A DNA stretch of 24,921 bases from a virus (lineage: Duplodnaviria; Caudoviricetes), in the IMG/VR virus record IMGVR_UViG_3300025635_000146, positions 1 through 24,921 of that record; one strand, written 5' to 3'. Positions 5,806-13,171 of the stretch are shown piece after piece; position 1 is the stretch's first letter, and every line of letters starts with the position of its first letter. The notes below the pieces were generated by a model that was not told the origin of the DNA, did no database searches, and was given only the letters and a program-made list of their open reading frames with translations. The translations under genes were made by a program, and so were the position numbers.

Positions 5806-6631
5806 TCATCGCTCCTTGGTTTTGCAGCCAACGCAGGCCGACTTCCTTGTTCCGGCGCTCGAGGGCCTCCTGCTTGTTGAGGGTCGAGCCTTTTTCCTTC
5901 TGATACCAAGATGCCCTAAAACTTCCCCACCCATTCAGGCAGCAAAACTTCAATGCCTCCTGCATGGAAATTCCCGCCTTAGAAACTTCCGCCTCAATCT
6001 CATCCATCGCGGTCTTTGTGAGAGGCAGCCTCTTCGCTTTCCTGATGGCCAACCAGTCTTCCCAGACTTGGGGTTCCACACCGGGGAAGCACTCGACGAC
6101 TGTCGATGTGCGTGTATTTTTCTTAACCCCACTCCTATCTTTCTTAGATGCTCCTATGCTTCCTTCTTCTTTCGCTTCTTCTTTCGCTTTCGCTTTCGCT
6201 TCAGGCGGTTGGGCAGCAGTGAACTTCTGATGCACATCCGTGGACTCCAGTTGCCCAACGGTTGTTTTTGACCCTAAGCCGTTGATTTTGCTGATAGCGT
6301 CATCATCGCCCTGCATCAAGGCAACAGGAGGAAGCGGATGCTTGGGGAACTTGATCTGGATGCGCTGTCGGAACTTCGGAATGAAGCCGTAACGCTTCCC
6401 GGCCACCTCGTAAAGGCGGATAAGGTCGGCGTCGGCGAGCATCTGAAGCAACTTGTCGCCGGACTCTCGACGGATATCGGCGCGGCGTGCCAGTTTGAAA
6501 CTGGTGGCCTCAAAGAGCCCTAGGTCGTCGGCAGACAGGAGGATGGTGACATACAGCCACCGGGCTTCAACGGGAAGCGAGAGAATCGCCTCCGACTCGA
6601 GCATCTCGTCACGGATTAGACGATTCGGCAT
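5792..6631 (-). CDS. Phage replication initiator (lambda O-like/DnaD-type N-terminal wHTH), 279 aa
   Basis: MPNRLIRDEML.SE.I.SL..EAR.LY....L.ADD.G N-terminus; low-complexity EAKAKAKEE linker; C-terminal W.DW...RKAK..PLT...NGW..F; GAAGGAGG RBS before ATG 6631. Confidence 0.85.
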   Translation of the reverse strand: MPNRLIRDEMLESEAILSLPVEARWLYVTILLSADDLGLFEATSFKLARRADIRRESGDKLLQMLADADLIRLYEVAGKRYGFIPKFRQRIQIKFPKHPLPPVALMQGDDDAISKINGLGSKTTVGQLESTDVHQKFTAAQPPEAKAKAKEEAKEEGSIGASKKDRSGVKKNTRTSTVVECFPGVEPQVWEDWLAIRKAKRLPLTKTAMDEIEAEVSKAGISMQEALKFCCLNGWGSFRASWYQKEKGSTLNKQEALERRNKEVGLRWLQNQGAMNESE

Positions 6632-6842
6632 CGTCGCCTCCTTCAAGATACTCTGCTTGCTGTGCGGTCGCCATCTCAACCAGATCTGGCAGGTCTGCAA
6701 GCAGCCGCTCCGCTTGACGGGCGGACAGCAGAAGCAGGACGCTTTTCCCTAGGGCGTTGTCATCGCCCTTGATGGCGATAAAGCCCCCGTGCGTGATGTA
6801 GACGGAGATTTCCGTCTCACTGATGGCCCTGTATATGGGCAT
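6609..6842 (-). CDS. Hypothetical protein (77 aa, MPIYRAISETE...)
   Basis: AAGGAG RBS before ATG 6842; 3' part of ORF 6609..6959. Confidence 0.75.
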   Translation of the reverse strand: MPIYRAISETEISVYITHGGFIAIKGDDNALGKSVLLLLSARQAERLLADLPDLVEMATAQQAEYLEGGDDAESSNP

Positions 6843-6846
6843 AGCC

Positions 6847-6960
6847 AATCTCCTTGGGTGGACGACCCCAGTGTGAGAATTACCGGGGGTGTCTGCACCC
6901 GTTGCGGGTGATGAAACGGCATCTGAGGCCGTCCCCCAAGGAGACTGACTCAGACACACC
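6847..6960 (-). ncRNA. Structured cloverleaf-like leader/antisense RNA (C4/CI-like architecture)
   Basis: Perfect 10-bp closing stem TCTCCTTGGG/CCCAAGGAGA that covers the RBS and encloses three hairpins (GACGGC/GCCGTT, CACCCG/CGGGTG, ACCCC..GGT/ACTGGGGT). An upstream GTGTCTGAG box is complementary to internal CTCAGA and CAGACAC. Confidence 0.55.
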
Positions 6961-6992
6961 TTTTACGCTTCTCACGGCGTGTCAAGATGCTA

Positions 6993-7193
6993 CTACAGGA
7001 AAAGATCCGGGCGCAACTCCCTGCGCGTCACGAGCCCTTGCGTGGCGTCCTCGATACGCTTGGACAATGCCGCAGAGGGCTTCCTGCGCTCGTGGATCAG
7101 CAAGGACATCCATGACTGCGTCACCCCTAGGTACTCGGCCATCTCCTTGATGGCGCCTATGGGCTCTTCGTCGAAGTATTGTTTGAGGTTCAT
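6993..7193 (-). CDS. Cro/YdaS-family HTH transcriptional regulator
   Basis: 66 aa; HTH MAEYLGVTQSWMS; C-terminal IE.AT.G.VTRRELRPDLF signature; first gene of the replication arm. Confidence 0.88.
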   Translation of the reverse strand: MNLKQYFDEEPIGAIKEMAEYLGVTQSWMSLLIHERRKPSAALSKRIEDATQGLVTRRELRPDLFL

Positions 7194-7290
7194 TCTCCCA
7201 GTGTACTTGCACTTCCCGTCAAAGACAATGTTGACGCAAGATCAAAGTCGTGTTCTACTTCCAACACGCCGAAGAGGCGGTAACTGGAGA
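7194..7290. promoter_or_regulatory. Back-to-back divergent sigma70 promoters with a central inverted repeat
   Basis: Leftward TTGTCT(7223-7228)-17 nt-TACACT(7200-7205); rightward TTGACG(7231-7236)-17 nt-TCTACT(7254-7259) with extended-10 TG; CGTCAA-N8-TTGACG at 7217-7236; hairpin CGCC-GAAGA-GGCG at 7267-7279. Confidence 0.7.
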
Positions 7291-7294
7291 TGAA

Positions 7295-7504
7295 ATGAAG
7301 CAAGTCCCCTACAACACGGGCAAGGTTGCCATCGGCAGCCGTTACGAGCCTCCCGTCAAACTTCCTGAGATCAGCCGCGACATGGAGCGGTTGCAGACTG
7401 CTCTGATCTGCAAGCCTCAGAAAGTCCCCTTGTCCTACATCCTGCTGCTTGCACTCATCAATGGTGGGTTGCTTGTGGCGTTGCTTTTGGTGGTGACGAA
7501 ATGA
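7295..7504 (+). CDS. Hypothetical protein with C-terminal TM helix (69 aa)
   Basis: GGAG RBS, ATG at 7295; PYNTGKVAIG..YEPP motif; hydrophobic tail. Confidence 0.75.
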   Translation: MKQVPYNTGKVAIGSRYEPPVKLPEISRDMERLQTALICKPQKVPLSYILLLALINGGLLVALLLVVTK

Positions 7505-7848
7505 GCCTACGAGAAGCAGCGCAGCAGGCGCTTGAGGCGTTGGAAGTTGCGACAACGCCCTTGGCAAAAGACAGGCAAGAAGTATTAAGAGCCAGAGAAG
7601 CCCTCCGCACCGCGCTTGCGGAGCCTGAGCAGGAGCCTGAGCAAAACACTGTGACCTGCGTCTGCGGCGCTGTGTGGGAAGGCAATCTCATGGTTCACGC
7701 TCCGAGGCAGCGAAAGCCGCTGACTGAGCCTGAATTGCACGAGATTAATCCGACATGGCCTGCGCCCGGGCAGCACTGGGAGTACGAAGATGTGCTTGAA
7801 TTTGTCAGAGCCATCGAACGCGCACACGGGATTGGAGGTGAAGCATGA
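7501..7848 (+). CDS. Modular hypothetical phage protein (LREAAQQALEAL... RKPLT...RAIERAHGI)
   Basis: ATGA overlaps at both ends; C-terminal module paralogous to 9150..9371. Confidence 0.8.
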   Translation: MSLREAAQQALEALEVATTPLAKDRQEVLRAREALRTALAEPEQEPEQNTVTCVCGAVWEGNLMVHAPRQRKPLTEPELHEINPTWPAPGQHWEYEDVLEFVRAIERAHGIGGEA

Positions 7849-8579
7849 TTCACTACCACGGAACCCCCATCGGTGGTCCGCGCAAGGATGCGGCTAGGTT
7901 CTTGGCGGGTCGCCATGCCCTTGTGCCATTTAGTTATCAGGATGACATAGGCATCGTTGCGGAAGTTTGCCAGTCATTTTGCTTGGACAACGGCGCGTTT
8001 ACCGTGTGGAAGCAAGGCGGCAAACTTGATGTCGATGGTTATATCAAGTGGGTGGCAGAGTGGCATCGACACCCCGGCTTTGACTTTGCCCTGATTCCTG
8101 ATGTGATCGACGGTACGGCTCAAGAAAACGATGCGCTAGTTGAGAGATGGCCGAAGGTGCTGAACGGTGTTCCCGTGTGGCATATGCATGAGCCCACGCC
8201 GAGGCTAACTTGGTTGGCAAGGCGGTTCAGAACGGTTGCTTTGGGGTCTAGCGGGGAGTTTTCTTCGGTAGGCACACCGCAATGGTGGGGCAGGATGAAG
8301 CAAGCAATGAAGGCCGTGTGCGACGAGCAAGGCCGACCATTTTGCAAGTTGCATGGGCTTCGGATGCTTGATCCTGACATCTTCACGCGCCTACCCTTGT
8401 CCTCTGCCGATTCCACCAATGCGGCAGTCAATTCGGGTTCGCTTAGTCGGTTTGGGTCGTATCTGCCGCCGACCGTGGCGCAACGCGCAGAAGTCATTGC
8501 CGAGCGTATTGAGGCAAACAACTCAGCACCGGCATTCATTGAAACACAGGAGGAACTGTGCTTTACATTGCAATCGTGA
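7845..8579 (+). CDS. TGT-fold (DpdA-like) 7-deazaguanine transglycosylase candidate
   Basis: LDNGAF, IPDVI, VPVWH, VALG, LHGL and SADST motifs in the order seen in TGT/DpdA TIM barrels; adjacent to a VUT/YhhQ gene. Confidence 0.65.
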   Translation: MIHYHGTPIGGPRKDAARFLAGRHALVPFSYQDDIGIVAEVCQSFCLDNGAFTVWKQGGKLDVDGYIKWVAEWHRHPGFDFALIPDVIDGTAQENDALVERWPKVLNGVPVWHMHEPTPRLTWLARRFRTVALGSSGEFSSVGTPQWWGRMKQAMKAVCDEQGRPFCKLHGLRMLDPDIFTRLPLSSADSTNAAVNSGSLSRFGSYLPPTVAQRAEVIAERIEANNSAPAFIETQEELCFTLQS

Positions 8580-9037
8580 TCTATGCCGTCGCTATGACGG
8601 TTGCCAACCTGACCATAGCCGCATTTGGGCCGTGGGTAAGCCCTATCAATGCTTTTTTCTTGATTGGCCTTGACCTGACACTGCGCGATTGGTTGCAGAC
8701 GCGACTGAATCAGGTTCAGATGCTATGCCTGATAGTCGCATCAGGGTTGATTACCTACCTCGCCAACCCATCAGCGCACATGATTGCGATTGCCTCAGCA
8801 GTTGCGTTCACCGGAGCCGCCTTTGTGGATTGGTCGGTGTTTACCAAGGCCAAGGGAACTTGGTTTGCCAAGGCCAACAAGTCAAATGTGGCCGGTGCTG
8901 CAGTAGATTCGTTAATCTTCCCGACTATCGCATTTAGTTCTCTGATGCCTCACATCGTGCTGATGCAGTTTGCGGCAAAAGTTGGCGGTGGCTTTGTTTG
9001 GTCTTATGTCTTTTCAAAAGTAAAGGAGAAGGCATGA
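8558..9037 (+). CDS. yhhQ: VUT/YhhQ-family queuosine-precursor (preQ0/preQ1) transporter
   Basis: Multi-TM protein; AN, LRD, IAIASAVAF....VDW.VF, SN....AVDS.IF..IAF and Q...K motifs; GTG start with GGAGG RBS. Confidence 0.85.
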   Translation: MLYIAIVIYAVAMTVANLTIAAFGPWVSPINAFFLIGLDLTLRDWLQTRLNQVQMLCLIVASGLITYLANPSAHMIAIASAVAFTGAAFVDWSVFTKAKGTWFAKANKSNVAGAAVDSLIFPTIAFSSLMPHIVLMQFAAKVGGGFVWSYVFSKVKEKA

Positions 9038-9153
9038 GATGGCTTACCGATTGGCTTGCTACTGCATGGGCACTTGCCATCTTGCTTGTGATCTTTCTCG
9101 GGCCTTTCGTGTTGGTCGGGGTGTTGGTTAGCTACCTGTGGGGGATGCTATGA
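9034..9153 (+). CDS. Small membrane protein, 39 aa (MRWLTDWLATAWALAILLVIFLGPFVLVGVLVSYLWGML)
   Basis: Manual translation; AAGGAG RBS; ATGA overlaps at both ends. Confidence 0.7.
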   Translation: MRWLTDWLATAWALAILLVIFLGPFVLVGVLVSYLWGML

Positions 9154-9371
9154 GCGAACCCGTCATGTGGACAACGATAAAAGGCAAGGAGGGTCTTGTG
9201 CCGCTTTATACAGAAGCACAACAGCGCAAGCCGCTGACTGAGCATCAAATTGAATTGCTTGCAGTTAAACACGCGCCCCCGATTGACCCTGCGTTTGCAG
9301 AGCATGATGATTTCATTGAGTTTGCCCGTGCCATCGAACGCGCACACGGCATCAAGCAGGAGGAAGTATGA
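9150..9371 (+). CDS. Modular hypothetical phage protein (EPV.W...PLYT...RKPLT...FARAIERAHGI)
   Basis: ATGA coupling; paralogous to the C-terminus of 7501..7848. Confidence 0.8.
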   Translation: MSEPVMWTTIKGKEGLVPLYTEAQQRKPLTEHQIELLAVKHAPPIDPAFAEHDDFIEFARAIERAHGIKQEEV

Positions 9372-9748
9372 GCATGGATCGTGACACCATCATCCGACTG
9401 GCGCGGGAGGCGGGATTTTTCGTTTGGACTAATGAGCGAGAGACGGTTGAAGGCGATGCGGAAGACCTTAAACGCTTCGCCGCCCTTGTCGAGCAGCATG
9501 AGCGAGAGCGAGTCAAGGCAGAAATGAAACCATCTGGATCATTCCTCGCGTGGGAGAACACCCTGTGCAATGCGTTAGACCATCCACGGATTCAATCCCA
9601 AAGCGCATGGGAAGACGGGTATGCCAGTGGCGTAGCCGCCGAGCGAGAGGCTTGCGCGAAGGTGTGCGAGACGCGGGTGATGGGCGACAACAACCGAGAG
9701 GACGAAGAAGCAAAACGATGCGCCGCAGCAATTAGGAGCAGAACATGA
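9368..9748 (+). CDS. Hypothetical phage protein (IIRLAREAG...AEREACAKVCE...CAAAIR family)
   Basis: GGAGG RBS; ATGA overlaps; recurrent phage motif. Confidence 0.8.
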   Translation: MSMDRDTIIRLAREAGFFVWTNERETVEGDAEDLKRFAALVEQHERERVKAEMKPSGSFLAWENTLCNALDHPRIQSQSAWEDGYASGVAAEREACAKVCETRVMGDNNREDEEAKRCAAAIRSRT

Positions 9749-9996
9749 GCAAACCAGAACTGACAGATTTCCAGAAACGATTCCTCCTCGGGTCTCAAGG
9801 CCAGACCCTGTTTACTCAGAAGGAGTTTGAAGAAGCACTCAATCAAGCCAAGGCAGAGATCATGGCCATCGCCATTGAGACCTCAAGACAGGCCGTGATG
9901 ATCGAACGCGACGCCTGCGCCGAGATGGTCGAGAACGCCGGTCATAAAGAATTGGCAGAGCAGGTCCGCAACCGCATCCCAAGTCAGCGCCAGTAA
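9745..9996 (+). CDS. Hypothetical phage protein (83 aa, ERDACA motif)
   Basis: AGGAG RBS; ATGA overlap. Confidence 0.8.
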   Translation: MSKPELTDFQKRFLLGSQGQTLFTQKEFEEALNQAKAEIMAIAIETSRQAVMIERDACAEMVENAGHKELAEQVRNRIPSQRQ

Positions 9997-10006
9997 AGAG
10001 GAAGAA

Positions 10007-10342
10007 ATGACAAAGACAGAGGTGATCCTGTCCTACATCAACGAACAGCCCGCCACGATTAGAGAACTTCAAAAGATTACGGGCTTTGACACAAAGATAA
10101 TTAGCGGCACAATCACCCGCCTGCGGTCACGAGGTGCATTGATTTACATCTCGGGGTGGCAGAGGCAGAACATGGGCAGGAGAGAGCAGTGGGTTGCTCA
10201 ATGGAACGTCGGGAAGTCCAAGGAAGCGGACAAGAAGTCTCCAAAGGGCATGGACAAGAAGTACCACTGGAAGGCTGCATATCACCGCCAGAAGGCGAAG
10301 ATCAGGGCCTCCAGTGTCTTTGCGTGGTGCATGAATCCATGA
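10007..10342 (+). CDS. Putative winged-helix DNA-binding protein
   Basis: ILSYI...PATIRELQKITG......ISGTITRL...G.L wHTH pattern; basic C-terminus. Confidence 0.65.
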   Translation: MTKTEVILSYINEQPATIRELQKITGFDTKIISGTITRLRSRGALIYISGWQRQNMGRREQWVAQWNVGKSKEADKKSPKGMDKKYHWKAAYHRQKAKIRASSVFAWCMNP

Positions 10343-10482
10343 ACGAATACGAAGAATGGAAGAAGGATCCTGAGGCCCAGAAGGAGTACATCCTCTGGCG
10401 TCTGGAGAGTGACCTGCGTGAGGCAGGGTTTGATGAAGCAGCCGCAACCGCGGTAGTTAACCAAGTGAAGGAAGAGAAATGA
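10339..10482 (+). CDS. Hypothetical 47-aa protein (MNEYEEWKKDPEAQKEY...)
   Basis: 3' part of ORF 10156..10482; ATGA overlaps at both ends. Confidence 0.7.
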   Translation: MNEYEEWKKDPEAQKEYILWRLESDLREAGFDEAAATAVVNQVKEEK

Positions 10483-11126
10483 GTTTCTTTGTAGAAAGCA
10501 GCGGAAGTCGTGAGTTCAAGTTGGTTCCTCCCGGCAATCATCTGGCTCGCCTGTACCGGATCGTCGATCTGGGTACACAGGAGCGCCGCTACGAGGCCGA
10601 TGTGAAGTTCCAACGTCAGGTCATGCTCGGATGGGAGATCCACTCCGAAGATGAGGCCGGGGAACCCACCGTCACGGAAGACGGCGTGCCGATGGCCATC
10701 TTCAAGAACTACACCCTGTCGTGGAACGAAGCCGCCACCCTGCGGAAGGATCTGCAGGCATGGAGGGGTAAGCCTTGGACGGACGCCGAAGCAAAGCGCT
10801 TCGACCTCAAGAACATCCTCGGCCAGTGGTGCCTCCTGAACGTCGTCCACAAGGTGGGCCGTCAAGGGGATAAGACCTTCGCCAACGTGGCAGGAATCGG
10901 CCCTGTTCCTTCCTTCCTGAAGCAGAAGGGCCTTCCTGCAGGCCACAACGAACTCCAGTTGTTCCGCCTCGGGGAGCCTGACTGGGAACTGTATGAGACC
11001 TTCTCCAAGGGCCTGAAAGCCAAGATTGAGTCCTCACCTGAGTTCCAGTCCTTGAAGCGCTCTGGGGACGCTCCAGAGGCCACCAAGAGCAAGTTCGACG
11101 ACATCGACCAAGACATCCCCTTCTAG
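10479..11126 (+). CDS. Phage ssDNA-binding protein-like (NGO0469-type) with acidic DIPF tail
   Basis: F...PPG.H.AR.YRIVDLGTQ N-terminus; C-terminal DDIDQDIPF SSB-type tail; next to an exonuclease gene. Confidence 0.75.
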   Translation: MSFFVESSGSREFKLVPPGNHLARLYRIVDLGTQERRYEADVKFQRQVMLGWEIHSEDEAGEPTVTEDGVPMAIFKNYTLSWNEAATLRKDLQAWRGKPWTDAEAKRFDLKNILGQWCLLNVVHKVGRQGDKTFANVAGIGPVPSFLKQKGLPAGHNELQLFRLGEPDWELYETFSKGLKAKIESSPEFQSLKRSGDAPEATKSKFDDIDQDIPF

Positions 11127-11134
11127 GAGTACCC

Positions 11135-11902
11135 ATGATCGTTCGCGCATCTGAGAGTCAGCATTGGTATACCCGAGAGGGTGACCCGATGTACTCAGTC
11201 CCTGACAGGAACGGGCTACCGCGCCCGACAAACCTCAGGGACGCCCGCAAACTCAAGTTGGTGCCCTCGGTGACCACCATCATCAAGTGCGCGGCATCTC
11301 CGGGCCTTGAGGCTTGGAAGTTGCAGCAGATGATGATGGCCGCCCTGACCCTTCCGCGGGCGCCGGAGGAGACGGAAGAGTCCTTCATCTCGAGGATCCA
11401 GACCGACTCCAAGGAGCAGGCCAAGCAGGCCGCCGACAGGGGATCAGAGGTCCATGCTGCCCTTGAATCCTTCTTCGAGACCCGTCACGTCACGATGAAG
11501 TTCTCCGACGCCGTACTGGGTACGGAGGACGAGGTCATCAAGATTTTTGGCGATCTTGAGTGGTCTACGGAGAAGTCTTTTGGCCACCCCATGGGTTTTG
11601 GGGGAAAAGTAGACCTTCATTCCCGCGACGGGAATGGCGTTGTGATCGATTTTAAGACAAAGGAGTTCAGTCGTGACCAAATGGAGAAGATTCAGGGATA
11701 CGACGAGCACCTCATGCAACTGGCTGCTTACAGGATTGGGCTTGATCTGCCTGATGCTCGATGCGCCAACGTGTTCGTCTCGGTCACAGAGCCGGGACTG
11801 GCTGTAGTCAGGGAGTGGTCTCAAGAAGACCTAAACAGGGGTCGGGCAATGTTCGAGTCGTTGCTCAACTATTGGTACGCGAAGAGCGGATTGGAGAGGT
11901 AA
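11135..11902 (+). CDS. PD-(D/E)XK exonuclease (RecB/Cas4-like phage recombination nuclease)
   Basis: PSVTTI, RGSEVH, E, GKVDL, IDFKT and QLAAY motifs. Confidence 0.85.
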   Translation: MIVRASESQHWYTREGDPMYSVPDRNGLPRPTNLRDARKLKLVPSVTTIIKCAASPGLEAWKLQQMMMAALTLPRAPEETEESFISRIQTDSKEQAKQAADRGSEVHAALESFFETRHVTMKFSDAVLGTEDEVIKIFGDLEWSTEKSFGHPMGFGGKVDLHSRDGNGVVIDFKTKEFSRDQMEKIQGYDEHLMQLAAYRIGLDLPDARCANVFVSVTEPGLAVVREWSQEDLNRGRAMFESLLNYWYAKSGLER

Positions 11903-12073
11903 ATGGAAGAAGGATTCTGGGGCCTTTTGCTCCTCGTTTGGACTGGGTTGGCATGGCTGACCCACGTTGTGGTGTCGATCTCAACGAGCAAGTGGATGCT
12001 TCTGCTTGTTGGGTCGATCTTCTTCCCGGTGGGCTGTGTCCACGGCACCGGGGTTTGGTTTGGCATCTTCTAA
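11903..12073 (+). CDS. Small membrane protein, 56 aa (..WLTHVV...GSIFFPVGCVHGTGVWFG..)
   Basis: Manual translation; GGAGAGG RBS; two hydrophobic segments; fills the gap between flanking genes. Confidence 0.75.
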   Translation: MEEGFWGLLLLVWTGLAWLTHVVVSISTSKWMLLLVGSIFFPVGCVHGTGVWFGIF

Positions 12074-12082
12074 GGAGAGAAC

Positions 12083-12304
12083 ATGATCACTTTGCAACTC
12101 ACCAACACTCAATACAGCATCGTCAAGGCAGCAGTTGAGGCCTACAGCGATGGCCTGATGAAGGCTATTGAGCAGCAGGAACCCGCTGTGACGATCGTTA
12201 CAGTCAACAGCCCTGTGACGGCACAGGTTCGCCCCGCCAAGTACGGCCTGAAGAAGGACGGAACCCCCCGCAAGGCTCCCGGACGCAAGAAGGTGCGCTC
12301 ATGA
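12083..12304 (+). CDS. Small protein with basic AT-hook-like C-terminus (YGLKKDGTPRKAPGRK)
   Basis: AAGGAG RBS; motif seen directly. Confidence 0.8.
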   Translation: MITLQLTNTQYSIVKAAVEAYSDGLMKAIEQQEPAVTIVTVNSPVTAQVRPAKYGLKKDGTPRKAPGRKKVRS

Positions 12305-12522
12305 ACCTGACGACTGAAGAGGTCAAGGAGGCCTTCCGCAGCGTCTGGTTGGAGGAGAACTACGCCTTCCTCGAGGAAGACCTAGTGAAACTTGCCAATG
12401 GCTTTATCGCAGCGGCTGCGCCTAAAATCGCCCGAGCAGAGCGCGAGAAGTGCATCGAGTTCGTCCGCAGCCTCAATGGGGTTGTGGCGGACGCCCTGCA
12501 GGAGAAGCGCCGTGACGCCTGA
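12301..12522 (+). CDS. Hypothetical phage protein (73 aa)
   Basis: ATGA overlap; AEREKC motif. Confidence 0.8.
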   Translation: MNLTTEEVKEAFRSVWLEENYAFLEEDLVKLANGFIAAAAPKIARAEREKCIEFVRSLNGVVADALQEKRRDA

Positions 12523-12736
12523 GGAGTTCATTGATGCACTCTTCGGAAAGGGGTGGACGAACGATCAACTGCCCCTCTTCCTCGAGATCGTCAAGAAGTT
12601 TGATCAGGACTCCAAGAGGTATCACGAGGTCCGCGAACTGCTAACGAACGAGTCTGGTCTTTTCGCAACAAGGAAGCAACTCCGTGAATTTGATGACTTG
12701 GTTGACGAAGCGGCCCGATATGCCGGACCTGTTTGA
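12512..12736 (+). CDS. Hypothetical phage protein (74 aa, GTG start)
   Basis: GGAG RBS at 12501-12504; 3' part of ORF 12392..12736. Confidence 0.7.
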   Translation: MTPEEFIDALFGKGWTNDQLPLFLEIVKKFDQDSKRYHEVRELLTNESGLFATRKQLREFDDLVDEAARYAGPV

Positions 12737-12887
12737 CTACGCCCCCATGCTCATCAAGGTCGAGCAACTGGAGCGTCAAATCCACGATCTGTGCCTCGAG
12801 AAGAAGTACCAAGAGGCTACGTCCTTGACAGACGAAATCGTTGAACAGTGCGTCCTGCTCAAGAAGTGGCTCAAGGCTCAAAAGTGA
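12720..12887 (+). CDS. Hypothetical phage protein (55 aa, DYAPML...HD.CL)
   Basis: Tiles the operon; start uncertain. Confidence 0.7.
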   Translation: MPDLFDYAPMLIKVEQLERQIHDLCLEKKYQEATSLTDEIVEQCVLLKKWLKAQK

Positions 12888-13105
12888 TCCTCATCAAGGT
12901 CACCGACGGGAAGTTGGAGGCCAACTGGGAAGAGATCGTTGCTCTTGCAGAAGAGTACGACAAGGGCTCCAAGCACGAAGATGCGTACATGAGCAAGATC
13001 TTCTCCCTCATCTTTGATAAGGGCTACGAGCAGGCCCTAGAAGACATGGAAGAGCACAACAGAAGGCTTGTCTTCTTGGCCACTTGCACGGCAGGACACG
13101 CATAA
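12884..13105 (+). CDS. Hypothetical phage protein (73 aa, GTG start)
   Basis: GTGA overlap; last gene of the rightward arm. Confidence 0.7.
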   Translation: MILIKVTDGKLEANWEEIVALAEEYDKGSKHEDAYMSKIFSLIFDKGYEQALEDMEEHNRRLVFLATCTAGHA

Positions 13106-13126
13106 AAAAGGCCCCCGAAGGGGCCT
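13104..13126 (-). terminator. Rho-independent terminator of the late operon at the convergence point
   Basis: Minus strand AGGCCCC-TTCG-GGGGCCT followed by a T run. Confidence 0.85.
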
Positions 13127-13171
13127 AACTCTCTTGGTTTGGCAACTGCAGAGAGACTTGGAGAGATTCGG

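Noticed and set aside
6632-6700. Upstream extension of the initiator ORF to 6700 (similarly 6959, 4954 and 7250 for neighbouring ORFs)
   Set aside because: Internal ATGs have much better RBSs and avoid long overlaps with adjacent genes or regulatory regions.
6847-6946. tRNA gene
   Set aside because: Cloverleaf-like, but it lacks a TTCRA T-loop, D-loop GG and canonical stem lengths.
6960-6990. Promoter from the perfect TTGACA on the minus strand downstream of the cro-like gene
   Set aside because: The best -10 (TAAAAG) is only 14 nt away, and there is no good -10 at 16-18 nt.
7708-9349. Diversity-generating retroelement TR/VR pair or IS target duplication
   Set aside because: No reverse transcriptase or transposase; the repeats are short and show no adenine-specific mismatch pattern.
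11135-11902. Cas4-like nuclease as an adaptation module for the array
   Set aside because: It lies about 9 kb away beside an SSB-like gene, which is an ordinary phage recombination context, and lacks the four-Cys Fe-S motif of Cas4.
13128-13170. Second hairpin or ncRNA next to the terminator (CTCTCT...AGAGAG)
   Set aside because: Only a 6-bp stem with a large loop, which is not enough support from one sequence.
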